64,000 nt of DNA from Takakia lepidozioides (GCA_030704615.1 CM060731.1:73966001-74030000); one strand, 5' to 3'. Counted from the stretch's first letter, positions 1 through 12,351 are shown. Numbers and translations: made by a program. The notes: generated from the sequence alone by a model not told the origin.

Positions 1-662
1 TCTCAATTTGTGTGGCTATCGGTTCTTCCACCACACGATAAACGAACTAAATTCGGGGCTTATATATACAGGCCATCTATTCAAGGAGATTCCTTGAGCC
101 TGGATCCTATTCATCCTCCATGAATTTTAATACACACTCCTAGAATATAAGAGGGCTTGGCTCGGAGCCCTCGGTCCCAAAACGAACAAAAATCAAGAGA
201 TGGCTTCTTTCTATGTTATCCTCTTCCTCTATAATTCTTTTGCAAGAACATAAACGTAATCAAAGCAAAATTGATAACCTGGGGAACTAGCTATGGCATG
301 GCCAAACAACTTGGTGGAACCCTACCTCTAAAAGAACACGCGGGGGCACAGCCTGCTTTGTCAGTCATTCCATTCTTCCAAATATTTATTCCTATGAGAT
401 CTGGTGTCAAGGGAGGGTGCAATGCCTTTTTATTAACACCCCGAATGATGCTGGCTCTATAGGTTTGATCAATGTTTATGCCCCCAAATTCAGGTATTGA
501 TCAAGCTCAGGTCTGGAGTTTAATCAAAGATAAAATTCTGGTCTGCCCCTTGATAGATCATTGGATTTTAGCAAGTGATTTCCGACCAATATGTGGAACA
601 TAGACTTACTTTCAACACATATTGGCCTACGCTACCTAAGGCCCCAATCTACTTCAAACGAC

Positions 663-737
663 GAGTGATGAGGTTATATATGCATGAGTTTATGCTTCAG
701 ATTTGTGAGCTCGTGCTTGTATTCTTCTTCTTTATCA
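663..737 (+). repeat. 3' tail (75 bp) of the gypsy LTR (5' LTR remnant)
   Basis: GAGTGATGAGG...CTTTATCA is identical to 16512-16586. Confidence 0.9.
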
Positions 738-1966
738 CTCAAGAAATATCAGCTCGTATCTGTAAGTGCCAGATACGAGTTAGTTGTAGCACTTGTGGTT
801 TTTGCTTGAGAATGAGAGAAACCAGGCTGTTATGCAAGGAGCACCGTGGAGCTCTTGGTTGTTAGAAGCGGAGGCGATGTGGGTTACGAGGTGGTAGACC
901 TTGGCATTCGATCTTTAGCTTCAGAGATAAAAGCACCATGCTGCAGTGTACTTTGTGGAGTATGTTGAGATTGGGTTTCAATCTCGAGCTTCAGCATTGA
1001 GAGGGCTCTTGTCATGGCAAGAGCAGGGCTGAAACAGGAGCTAAGAGGTACGGCAAGACAATGGAATGTGCACCTAGGGTTTCAGAGCTTGGAAAAAGAG
1101 CTCTTGCACCACAAGAGGAGTGTCTTGTGGCTGGAAATGTAAGCCTTAGGGTTTCAGGAGCTTGGCAAAGGCTGTGGAGTGCTTAGTCTTATCTTAGAGA
1201 GCAGCAATGAGCCAAGGAGCCAAGATAGGGGCCTGATACCTCTTGTGTGAAGAGGTTGCATGTGTGGAGCATGTATTCAGCTCATTGAAGCTTCCATCTT
1301 CAAGTTGGAGGGCAAGCAAGGAAGAGGGAAGGGCTGACTTCCCTTATGTGAGAGCAATGCATGTGTGGAGCATGCTTTCAGCCTGTTGAAGGCTTGTACT
1401 TTCAGGTTTGGGAGTGCAAGAAAGGAAGCAAAGGGGCTGATTCTCTTGTGGTGAGAGTAGGGCATGTGTGGAGCATGCCTTCAGTCCATTGGGCTTTTGT
1501 TTTCAAGCTTTAGAGAGCTAGAATGGAAGGGCTAGGGCTGGTTCCCACTTGGGTGAAAGAAAAGCACTTGTAGGGCATATGTGAGGTGGGGTTTCAACCT
1601 CAAGCCTAGATAGAGCATGGCTCTTGAAGTGGCATGTAGGGGGCTGGAATAGGCTCTAAGACAGATGCTATGGCCAAGGAAAAGGCTTGAATGAGTGCTC
1701 ACAAGGGCTGGAAACCAGCAAGGCTTGGTTGTTTGCCATTGAGTTTAGTGGCGTGTTTGGGGAGTCTAAGTGAGAAAGAAGGCTTGGTTTGTGGCAACCA
1801 TCTTCCTCATGTCTTAGGGCTACTATTGGTGGTGTGTGGGAGCCGAAAGAGCAAGAATACCTTGCTGATTTTTTCACAGCCGCCATAGCTCGGTGCAAAG
1901 AAGCCTAGAGTCCAAGAGACACAAACCCTAGCTTGGCATGGCTAAACCCCTTGGAGAAATGGCTAA

Positions 1967-2560
1967 ACTGTCATGAGTGGCCTGTGGGGCTGTGATGGGC
2001 CGTGACAGGCTGTGCCCTGTGGCCTATGGGGCTGTGACGGGCTGTGACGGGCTGTGATGGGCTGTGACAGGCTGTGGCGGGCTGTGCCCAGTGGCCTATG
2101 GGGCTGTGACGGGCTGTGACGGGCTGTTGTGAGCTGTGACAGGCTGTGCCCTCTGGCCTGTGGGGCTGTGACGGGTTGTGAGGGGCTGTGAGGGGCTGTG
2201 GCCTTTGGGGCTGTGACCCCTGTGACCTGTGTAGGGCTGTGACAGGTTGTGCCATGTGGCCTGTGGGGCTGTGACGGGCTGTGAGGGGCTGTGACAGGCT
2301 GTGCCCTGTGGCCTGTGGGGCTGTGACGGGCTGTGACAGGCTGTGCCTGTGGCCTTTGGGGTTGTGATGGGCTGTGACAGGCTGTGACCTGTGGCCTTTG
2401 GGGCTGTGACGGGCTGTGGCAGGCTGCGGCCTGTGGGGCTGTGACCCTGGGACCTGTGTAGGGCTGTGACAGGCTGAGGCCTGTGTTGGGCTGTGACAGC
2501 TGTGACCAGTGAGCTGTGTGGGCCTGTGCTGGTCTGTGGTGGCCCGTGTTGACCTGTGGA
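1967..2560 (+). repeat. Minisatellite of GGGCTGTGAC-type 10-mers with higher-order units, in the retroelement 5' leader
   Basis: Dozens of GGGCTGTGA(C/T/G) units punctuated by GTGGCCT(G/A/T)TGG. The minus-strand HSPSQP-repeat ORFs derive from it. Confidence 0.95.
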
Positions 2561-3229
2561 CGGCCTGTGCTGACTCGTGGATGCACTGGTGGACTGCCTA
2601 AGGACTGGCATGTGGTCTTGAAGGCCGAATTTTGAAGTTCGTGGAGGGCGGTTTGAGAAGTATCTTCATGATATTCCCATGGTCATGCAAGTGAGGGAAG
2701 AGAGGAGAGAAAGAGTGTTGGGATGAGGGCATGCTGGGGTTAGGCATTGCTTTAGCTTCTCTTCCTCGTAGTTTCCACCCTCTCATTAGGCCAAGACCTT
2801 TCCGTAGGTGGAGGCAAGAGTCAATCCGGGTTTGGGCTGGGGTGTCCTTGCAGGAGCAACACCGTGGAGTTGTTTTTGGTGTGGGGGAGTTGTCGTTCTG
2901 ATTTCTTGTGTTTGGATCCCCTCCATACCTGCATGCTTGACTGTGCGTCATGCTAGTTTTGTGTGGGCGCTTGTTTTTATAGGTGATTGGTCCGGATTTG
3001 ATCACCGGCCAGTCCTAGAGCATGCTGTCGATGGTGAGGCTGGGGTGATGACCAGCCAGACCATCATTGTTTCTCCTGTGGTGAGGTTGGAGGTGATGAC
3101 CAGCCAACCATAGGAGTGCTTGCGGTGGATGCAGGTACAGGTGTAGGCTATGTTAGGAACTTAGTATTCCAAACCATAAGCCGCAACAGGTTCTCTACCT
3201 GGTTACCTTGTGGAGAGGGGGTTAGAGAT

Positions 3230-4981
3230 ATGTTCATGACCGGTTGAGTGTCAACACGGAGGTGCCACTAGTTGCTGGAGACAGTGCCGGTTCGAGCACT
3301 AGCGATACTAGTGGGTACACGAGACGAGGTGTGTGGTTTAGGCCACCTTCACCTCCTGTGTCTTCTACGGAAGGTTCTGATTCGGATTGTGAATCAGGAG
3401 GACTCATACCAGCGGTGTAAGTTGTTTCCTTGCCATTGTTGTGGGACACGATGGAGGAGATGTATGGAGCTACCAACGAGCCACAAAGGTACTCTGGGGC
3501 GGTGGGCACCATTGAGTTGGATGATTTTATCCAAGAGTTTGATAGTTGGTGTGATTTGCAGCAAATGCGCAATCCACAACTATTTACGCCTTTCATGGCA
3601 TGGAAGGGGCTATTTCAGCACCTTGAGGGGCCGCCTATGGATGATTACCATGAATTCAGGCGGGGGCATGAGGTTGAGATCGAGGAGTGGAGGATGTACT
3701 GGTCACCCGATCTCCATCACTAGGGGCACTAGAGTCACGAGGGCAGTGGCTACATCTGCTGCTGCACCGGCAGCTTTAGCAAGCAGCAGTGGGACTAGTA
3801 GGACTAGTGGTACCATAGCTACGACGTCCACCCAAGCCACTACTGTACCAACACCAGTACCCGTGCCTGCCTTCAACCCTGTTGTGGAGTTCTTCGAAGA
3901 GTTGAGAGGGAACTACCAAGGGGTGAGGACAGAGAAGTTGCGAAGCTTACAAGAGTTCCAACAGAAGCCTACTAAGAGCTTGAGGGAGGCTTTCACTCGC
4001 ATGAGGCGCTTGATAAATGTAACCCAAAGGGTTACGGAAGCTCAGGCACTCCAATTCTGGTATGGGATATTGGACAAGGAGCTGAGGAGAAGGGTGCGGG
4101 ATGCAACTCTCCTACAAGCGGCCCAACCCACCTTAGCAAATGTGTTTTTGCTGGCAGAGCAGATAGAGCTCAACATGGTGGAGGAACGAGTGGTCATGGT
4201 GGGATTTGCTAAGGAGACACCACGGGGTAGTGGTGCTCCTAGCCAACCACTACCTGAACATGCTCAAGGCAATAAGGGGGCTCAGGTGAAGCTCAGGGAA
4301 GGGCAGAGAGGACCTCAGATGTAGGGGTCTCTCCCTTCATTTGCAGGCCAACAACGGGCGGATGTGGTGTGTTGGACATGTGGAGGACCCCATGTCAAGA
4401 AGGATTGTCCAGAGGGAGGCAAAGGGCCGGCACATGCACAGCCTGCACAGTTGCAGTGTGGACATTGTGGCAAGCACAGGCATGGAGAGGCCCAGTGTTA
4501 TGGTTTGCATCCCGGGCTGCGCCGAGGCCAGTTCCAAGGGAACAATGGTGGCCGGGGGCGAGGGGAGCAGCCCAAAGAGGACAAGGTGGCCAGGCACGGG
4601 GTGTAGGCCAAGGGCAAGCTCAACATAGCCAAGGACACGGAGGTCAGGGTGTTGACCAAGGCATAGCCAACCGGCTTCAGCAGCTAGAGCAAAGGCTCGT
4701 TGCCATGGCTATAGCTCAGGTGGTACGGGCTCCAAGGCCGGATGGTCCACCTCCTGCTCCTGAGGGAGAAGATATGGGAGGCATGGGATTCATGTGCGGA
4801 GCAGCACTACCACTAGTGCAGGTGGAGTCTGCTGCAGCCGTGACTTAAGGAGCAGCACGAGTTCCTGAGCCACGAGGTGCAGAGGTGGAGTTGGATCCAT
4901 AGCGTGGGGAGGCAAGCCATCAGGCTAGGCTCCCTCAGTCATTCACATTGGCGGAGACAGTGTCGACGCCATCCATGGCAC
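3230..4981 (+). pseudogene. gag: gag of the DNMT-bearing gypsy element (frameshifts and stops)
   Basis: Capsid-like segments (LDDFIQEFDSWC..., LQEFQQKPTKSLREAFTRMRRL) and Zn knuckles CWTCGGPHVKKDC and CGHCGKHRHGEAQC (~4370-4500). The frame continues across the DNA-transposon insertion (...AETVSTPSMA|PSSRPT). Start is approximate. Confidence 0.85.
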
Positions 4982-5284
4982 CCCGGGGGGTGCACTCTTT
5001 ATAAACTGTGCGTATCACGTGCGTTCGTCGCCTAATAAAAAAAACCCCTGTATACGGGTCCTTGGATAATTTATACCCCCTCTGTACATACTTTTTGAAG
5101 ATTATAAAATCCCCTCCTGTAAATATACAAAAATTTACAATTTTCGAAAAGTACCCCCTTCTGTATGTATATTCTCATTTTTCATCATTAAAAATAACCC
5201 TCCAATATGTATATGTATGTTTTTATATTATATCGAATTTATTCATTTAAAACATAATAAAATCTAACAAATTAATTTAAAAAA

Positions 5285-6097
5285 TTATTTGCCTTTGATA
5301 AAGTTGTCAAAGACTTTTCGGTCATTTGCATCAAGAACATATGTGTTTGACTTGACATTGTACTTTAAATATGCTAATGCGATAATGGAATCCAAATCAA
5401 CCATCATGTTATCCGTCAAATCGTACGTATAGACCCCTCCTCGAATTTTTTGGTACCATGCTAACCCAATCTCCATATGAGAAGGACGCTCCAATAAATC
5501 AACAGAATCCCTACATTCTACAAACCGCTTATTGATTTTCTTTCGCATTCTTTGAACCCTGCCCAAATACCAAGTGCCTTTGGTTGCTCCTCTGCATGTT
5601 TTCCCTGGTCTACCTTTCCTATTTGTAGTTTGGATCGCAGTCTCCGCATCAACAAAAAATACAGCACAATCCGAACCCAATCCCAAGCCAGCAAAGGGTG
5701 TATCAGGGTCCATCCTCATCTTGGTAGACACTGGTGCCGGGTCCTCGCCTGGTCTGTCCTCATGCAAGATCGTAGAACCACTGGAAGATAGAGGTCTTTT
5801 CAATCCTTGGTCCCCATCATTTTGGTCTGAAATCTTAATGTGTACAGTATCCCCTTTCAGAACCATCCTCTCTTATTGCTTGGCTGAAAAGACACTACCC
5901 CCCATGGAAAGGAAATGAAATTTTGCTGAGACAAGCTCATCACCTATAATTTCTGCTCGGATGCATTTGTATGTGACACCTTGCATAGTGAACACAGAAC
6001 CAAGCCTGTTTGGTGATGCATCTCCTCCAACAAGCAGGACTTTTACTTCCAACTCTTCTTCCATGATGAATTCACCTGCAAAATGCAATGAAAACAT
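5285..6097 (-). pseudogene. Unknown protein inside the DNA transposon, probably the last exon of a spliced gene, with one in-frame stop
   Basis: Two in-frame ORFs (5873-6097 and 5285-5866) separated by one stop. Acceptor-like TTTGCAG|GTGAA near 6080 on the minus strand. The stop lies just inside the subterminal region. No catalytic motif recognised. Confidence 0.5.
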
Positions 6098-6220
6098 TTC
6101 AAATCAGACCTTGATAGACCAATAACAAAGCACCCGGGTTGGAAGGTTCCAAAGTCTTGTTTTATACAACCCTATAGGCTATCCAAGTAGGAACTACGTT
6201 CATAAGAGGATGAAATGTAT

Positions 6221-6944
6221 TGTCGCACACCTCAGTTCGGTAAACTCCCCTTCAAGTCATAGTTACTCGCTTGGATGCGCGCGCCTGACTCCCAACCTGG
6301 CCGTCGGGCCAACTTGGAGTTTCGGCTGCTCACCGGGACATAACGGTCCCCTTCCGCTTCCCTCTAAACCCTCCACCTATTTGGGACTAGGAGAATTCCC
6401 TTTGGTAGATGGCAGTCCGGAACAGCTCCCCACTCTTTGGTCGCTTTCCGGCTCGCTCGCTTACTCACTAGTTTTTGGTCACCAACGGGCTTGCACCGTT
6501 CTCGGGGTTACTACTCCCTATATATACTTCTGTAGCTGTCCGCGGGGGTTTCATAACCAGCCATGCCATTTTATGGCGAACCACCACGAAAACCCTCGAC
6601 TCCCGGTGGTGAGTCGCGGTGAGTCTTGGCCCACTCACCGCGGCCCCAATGGACCGTGATGAGTCCCAAGACTCCCCACGACTCCCACCTCGAGGTCTCC
6701 ACCCCATGGTGAGTCCTATGCCACCCCCACTAAGTCCCACTAAGCTACCACCACCCCTTGTGGAGCCACCTCCACCGCAACCCGGTGTGCGGGGCTCCAC
6801 CTAGTGAGCGCCTCCGCCTCCTTGAGTGCCTTGGGCACTCAAGGGTGCTTCAGCCCCCCATACCTATCGCTGCCGCTGCCCCCACCACAGGGGCAGCCCC
6901 TCATGTGTCCCGACCCCCTGCCCTCAAGGCAAAGGGCCGCGACA
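6221..6944 (-). mobile_element. Solo LTR of the chromovirus family at 17970-23813
   Basis: Reverse complement of that LTR, with TGTCGC...GCGACA ends and a perfect TSD TGTAT (6216-6220 / 6945-6949). Confidence 0.95.
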
Positions 6945-7868
6945 TGTATACAGAAGCAAGTACCTGATTGATGAGTTTGATGTTGTTAATTTTTGCTGCT
7001 GCTATTGACCAAATGCTGCTACTTCCACTGCTGGTAGCCCTCTTGGGTGATCCTGAACCCACAGTCCATCCTTGCATCAGCGGCTAGCCCTCCCTCCACA
7101 CTAACATATTTAAATACAAAGTTCTGTCAAACTCCCTACGATGTTGCATGAAGAAAGCTCACCTTATTGACAATATTGTCCCACCGCTGTGGATCAAATT
7201 TATAGAACTCCTGCCAGCGCTGTTCCTTGCTCCAAATCTGGCCCTCTTGGATGATTTTGCACCCACGATCCTCTCCCTGCATCAACAGCTACCCCTCCCT
7301 CCACACTAACAATGCGTACATCATGCATCTGCAGCTACTACTGTGGCTTCCAGTTGACCATCTACCCATCCAGGTTTCTTGTAGCTATCATTCCACATGG
7401 AATCATAGGTAATCTGGAGCTTGGAATCCGCCATCTGGAAATCTAGGGACGACTCTGATAATAGGGAAAAACAGGCTGAAATGTGTTGAAGAAGATACCT
7501 TCATTAGCAGTCCCTTGTTCTATCTATTATCTTTTTTTAGGTACTGTCATGCTACCACCTCGGCAGCAACTTGCAAAGTCACTCCAGAGCACAGCAGATC
7601 CACCCAACGAGCTAACTTACAGAATTCAATACATATGCTTCAGGGCTGAGTCTGATGAGAGGGAAAAACGGGCTGAAACAGGTCAAACCAGAAAGTGCCC
7701 TCAGGCTGAAATACGTTGAAGAAGGTACCTTTCATCAGCAGTGCCTTGCTTTATCAATTGCACTGTTGCCGCTGCTGTTTCCAGTTGACCATCCACCCAC
7801 ATTGTCCCACCATTGACTGGGGTCAGAAAAGTGTCTCATTCCAAAGCTTCTCTTCATCTCTGTGGTGC

Positions 7869-8500
7869 TATTGTAGGGTGACTTCAATGCCCAAGTGGGC
7901 AAAGGGCTCCATCAGGACGATATCATTGGGTCTTCTGGTGAGGACGAGCTGAATTCTAATGGCAGACGGTTAATTAACTGTCTGGAAGAGCTTCAGCTTT
8001 TGACCTTGATTAACAAGACAAGAGGTGACCAAGTGCAGTGGACTCGTGAGAAATCCCAAACTGGGAACGTTCCATTGTGGACTATATCATAATGGACAAA
8101 AATTTGTTCCCCCAGTGTGCCAATGTGTTGATCGACAGAACTGATATTGGTACCTCTGACCACTTTCTGGACTGAGATCAAAAGGTGTTTTCCAAGGCCA
8201 GAGTAGAAGAGATTCTCAAGGACCTGGACCTGGATCCGCAAGTCTTGACCTTGCTGGATAAATCAGACTTAGAGGCTGTAGTGTCCAAAGCCATGTCTAT
8301 TGCCATGAGATTGTCTGATGAAAATGAAGTTAGGCATAAAACTTCCCTGAACTTGTTTCTAGTCAGTGACATGGGGGAGGACATCTTGGATGACCTCAAG
8401 GGTCCACCCACTCTCGGCACTAGACTGAAATTTAAACTCAGGGAAGGAAGCCTACCTTTGAACATGAAACAGAAGCAGAGAGGAAAGGGGGAGTGCACTC
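7869..8500 (+). mobile_element. Internally deleted LINE fragment (same family as 44570-49411)
   Basis: Matches the endonuclease region (~46290-46620) fused directly to the 3' ORF region (RVEEILKDLDLDPQV...). Confidence 0.9.
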
Positions 8501-9018
8501 TCCCAAGTGAACCTGCATCATTCAGTTGGCAAGACCGTGTCTGAAAAATTGATCCATTTGAAGACACCACGGTGCAGCTGAGCACAGCCTGACATGACAA
8601 CAATTAAACATCATACTGAGACAAGAGAAGCAGTCAAGGACACAGTCATGCATATGGCAGCAAGTGATCACCCTTCAAACATGATTGAAAACATACATGA
8701 GGTCAAAGGCAATAAGAAATCAGCAAAGGGTACTGCAGCTAACAGTTGGAGTGTCTTTAAAGACAAAGGGAAGAGAAAGAAACACTTCACTGGCAATGAG
8801 GGGAGGCTGTGGAAACGCCAAGAGGATGGCACAAATGATAGAAATAACAGGGCTGGGCAAAGGATCCTGCAGGAAGAAGAAAGGGTATGTCAGCATGGAA
8901 AGGACGTGCAGCTCATTCCAACAGAAAGGGGAACATTCGTGCAGTTAAGTACAACAACCAATTGCCCTTCAATTATGGCTGGAATTTTCCAAAAGGCGAG
9001 GGATGATAAGGATGAGAT

Positions 9019-10880
9019 TGTACTCATAAGACGTTGTTTGCCGTAGCCTTGTGGCCATTGACCCCGCGCCCAGTTTCAGTGGGAACAAAAGGAACAGGGC
9101 TGACGTTGGTAGTAAGACTTACCATCGTATAAGGAATTAATCCGGGTTTTCCAGATATCCTCTAGAAAACCCTTCACACAAGCATCAATCTGCTGTGTGT
9201 GATTTGCCCAAAAACTAGGCCTCAGGAGGGCCTGGGCTTTTGGCTCAGCCTCGAGACTTTCAAAGTTGGTAAACAGGGGTACAAGCACAATTCCCTTGAT
9301 AGAATTGAAGAGAGCCTCTCTTTGGTGAGAGAACCCGGACAACGTATCAGAAAATGAATACTGTCTTCAGATTGCCCACACAACGGACAATTGCACTCTC
9401 CCTTTCCTCTCTGCTTCTGTTTGCTGTTCAAATTGCTGACATTAGCCTCTAGCCCCCAAAGATCAAAGTATCTCTTCGCGCAATTAATCAACTCCTGAGT
9501 GTGATGCCACGGTAGTTCCCCGGTTCTTCTCTATCACCCTTCTTGTATAGACTGACAATGACCCCCTGTCGCCAGCGAAAGGGGATCATTTCAGTCTTCC
9601 AGATAAGGTTAAAGAGGAGAACTAGGGCCTCTATCATGGGATCGCCACCGTGCTTGATAAGCTCGTTGACAATACCATCAGGTCCACCAGCTTTATATCC
9701 ATTTAAATGTTCAATTGCTTCCACAATCTCAGAAGAACTAATGGGAGCGTTATAAGCCATTGAAATATACTCCAGTTCATCAGGGCTGTTTTGAATCATA
9801 GGAACAATTTTTCCAACTGTGTCCCTCCATTCAGCAGAAGACCCCTCACTGTTAGACCTAGAAGTTCTGCCAAGGATACTGTAGTGATTTTCAAAGGTTT
9901 TGACAATGTCAACCGATGAAGTCACCACTGCACCTTTAGTAGTCTTCAGCGCTTGTACTTGCTGACCATTTTTAGGCTTGTACAAACGTTGAAGGGCCAA
10001 CCATAATTTCTTGTCATTACCACCATGGTGGTTTGAGTTTATTTCACTGTATAACTTATCCCAGTATAATTTCTTCTGAGTTTAACAAGCTGATTGATAT
10101 CTTTCCGGAGCTGATAGTACCTCGCCCACAATTCTCTGTTGGTTTTCATCACCAAAAGGCCCAATGATATCATCCCGATGGAGCCCTTTGCCCACCCGGG
10201 CATTGAAGTCACCCAATAGCACTACCTGACCTTTGGCAAGGAACGAAGCACAGTCCAGCTTTACATCTTCGAAGGCTTTGTCTGCGTCAGCGGCAAGAGT
10301 ACGAAGGACCTCTTTGTGGGTTGTGTTTACATGCCCACAGAGGGGACCCTTAGTGCTGATCCAGTTTTAGCCAGATACTATGTTCGTACCTCAAACCCTT
10401 GCTGATAATTTCACAATTATCAAACAAGAAATCACGGACAAAGAATCCAACCCCTTTTTGACCGCGTTTGGCTGAGGCTGCCTTGAGAGTACACATCCTA
10501 CCTGCCCATTTATAACCATTGACATCTCCAACCAGTTTATCCGAAGTTTCCCATGTTTCTTGCCCAGCACAGATATGAATATCATTAGTCCAAAGGACTT
10601 GTCCCACTTCGAGTTGTTTCCTTTGGTTAGTAAGCCCTGAGAAGTTGAAAGTGGCCAGCCGCAAGCCAGCCCTTTGCATGTGAATTGTTTGTCGTCTAGG
10701 TAGCTTGGGATCGCTCCTGGACGCCCAACCGTTCTGCAAAGGGGGGACAGTTACCCCATGTGTAGATTTTGCTCGTCTTGTGTAAACTCTTGAGTACCAA
10801 ATCCTTCAGATTCAGGACGTTCAGGTTCTGTACACTTAGGGGCATCTTGTCCCTCTGGCTGTTTGGATTCAATAAGGATG
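9019..10880 (-). mobile_element. Multiply deleted LINE copy (same family) with a small internal inversion
   Basis: Starts with the reverse complement of the LINE 3' end (TGTACTCATAAGACG...). Pieces of Zn finger, RT, EN and 5' repeat are joined. About 10304-10358 is in the opposite orientation. Confidence 0.9.
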
Positions 10881-11549
10881 AGAATAGGCCTGATACAGTG
10901 AGTACAACCATTGTGTCACGCCAATCATTATTAGGAAAGAAAATAGGCCTAATGTGCTCATTACCTCTGATGACTGGGAATCTTGATGCCCATGTCCTCT
11001 TGTCATTGCTGCACAACAATCCGCCACCACACCCGCATATCATCACCGATCAGCCCAGGCCTGCCCCACATTCCCGCGCACTTACTTCATCCCCTTCGAT
11101 TCCTGCCCTCTACATACATCACAACCTCAAACCTTCTCCCAAGTCAGTGCCCTCACCACATTGTCCTACCATGCCCTGTGGAGAGGAGGGGAGAGGAGAG
11201 GAGGAAAAAGAGAAAGCCCGCGGAAGGGAAGGCGAACGCGGGAGAGGAGGAGAAAGAAAAGAGAAAGCCGCGGGAGGTCAGGGGAGAAAGATCGTAGAAC
11301 GAAGGAAAAAAAAAAAAAACAAACATACAAAACGACGATTCCACGATTCGATACCGGGATGCATCGCGGCGGAATCGCCATTCTTACCACTACACTATCC
11401 CTAAAAACTCAACAACCCCCTCCTGTAAAATTATATTTAAGGTGTTTTAAACCCCCCTCTGTATGTATAATGTTGTACATGGGGGGGTTTAAAATACCTC
11501 CTGTGCACGCACGTGGTTGGTACATTTAATGAGGAGTGCACCCCCCGGG

Positions 11550-12351
11550 CATGGCACCTAGTTCTCGCCCGACTGTTACCGAGGCGGAGGTTACTACGCC
11601 ATTGGGGAGAGCTACACGGGTAGCACCACTACCTAGTGTTGCCAAGGCTACGGCAGCTAGTGTACTGCTGGGAGCGGCCACATCTGTGTGTCAGGCTCCA
11701 TTGTTCTCGGCTACCATGATTGCGACATCGGGGATAAGACCAGCTGAGGTGTTCAGGCTGGTAGCTACACTCTGTGAGAGTGAGGAGGTTACTTCATCTT
11801 CTGCGGAGATAGTGGGAGGTGTAGTGCCGGAGGGATCCTCGGATTTGAGGGTCAAGACTGCCACGACGGCGCCATGGCAAGCTGCAGCTGCCAGGTTGAT
11901 GGAGCTGCCAGCTAGGCCAGCCATTGAGCGCACCATGGTGACACCTGGAGTTGTCATGTTAGACAACCAGGATGACATTTTCTGTTTGAGTGGACCAGCA
12001 GGCAAGAGGTACCGGCCACTGCGGGTCTTGTTGGACTTAGGAGCTCAGCCATTGATGCTGGGCACAGATGCTATTGCAGGCTTGGGCCTCACGGAGGCGG
12101 ATATGGAGCCTTGTCCTTTCCAGATACAGACGTCTCTGGGAGGATCGGAGCAGGCTCGGGGCATGACACGGTGTGAGTTGGCTATCAGACTGCGGCCGGA
12201 TCACCCTACAGATGGCTCAGTGATGCGAGCCAAGGCCATTGTGACAAACGCGGTCTCGTACGATGTCCTGGTTGGTGGGGCAATGTTGTACCCCATGGGC
12301 TTCACCCTGGATTTTTTGGAGGAGTCAGCTTCCTATAGGCCTGGATGGTAG
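11550..12351 (+). pseudogene. Gag-pol linker and retroviral-type aspartic protease
   Basis: RVLLDLGAQPLM (degenerate D-S/T-G active site, ~12020-12060) and the C-terminal YDVLVGGAML motif. Confidence 0.8.

Larger units (their letters stand above)
4982..11549. mobile_element. TIR DNA transposon of unassigned superfamily, 6.57 kb, 16-bp TIR, 8-bp TSD
   Basis: CCCGGGGGGTGCACTC (4982-4997) and its inverse GAGTGCACCCCCCGGG (11534-11549). TSD CATGGCAC at 4974-4981 and 11550-11557. Subterminal CCCCT(C)CTGTA repeats at both ends. Confidence 0.93.

Noticed and set aside
1963-2611. Minus-strand ORFs with HSPSQP repeats (207, 171 and 94 aa)
   Set aside because: They are translations of the 10-bp satellite; no independent sign of coding.
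6210-7008. Pro/Gly-rich ORFs, repeated near 18 kb, 23 kb, 27.5 kb and 35 kb
   Set aside because: All lie inside GC-rich copies of the same LTR.
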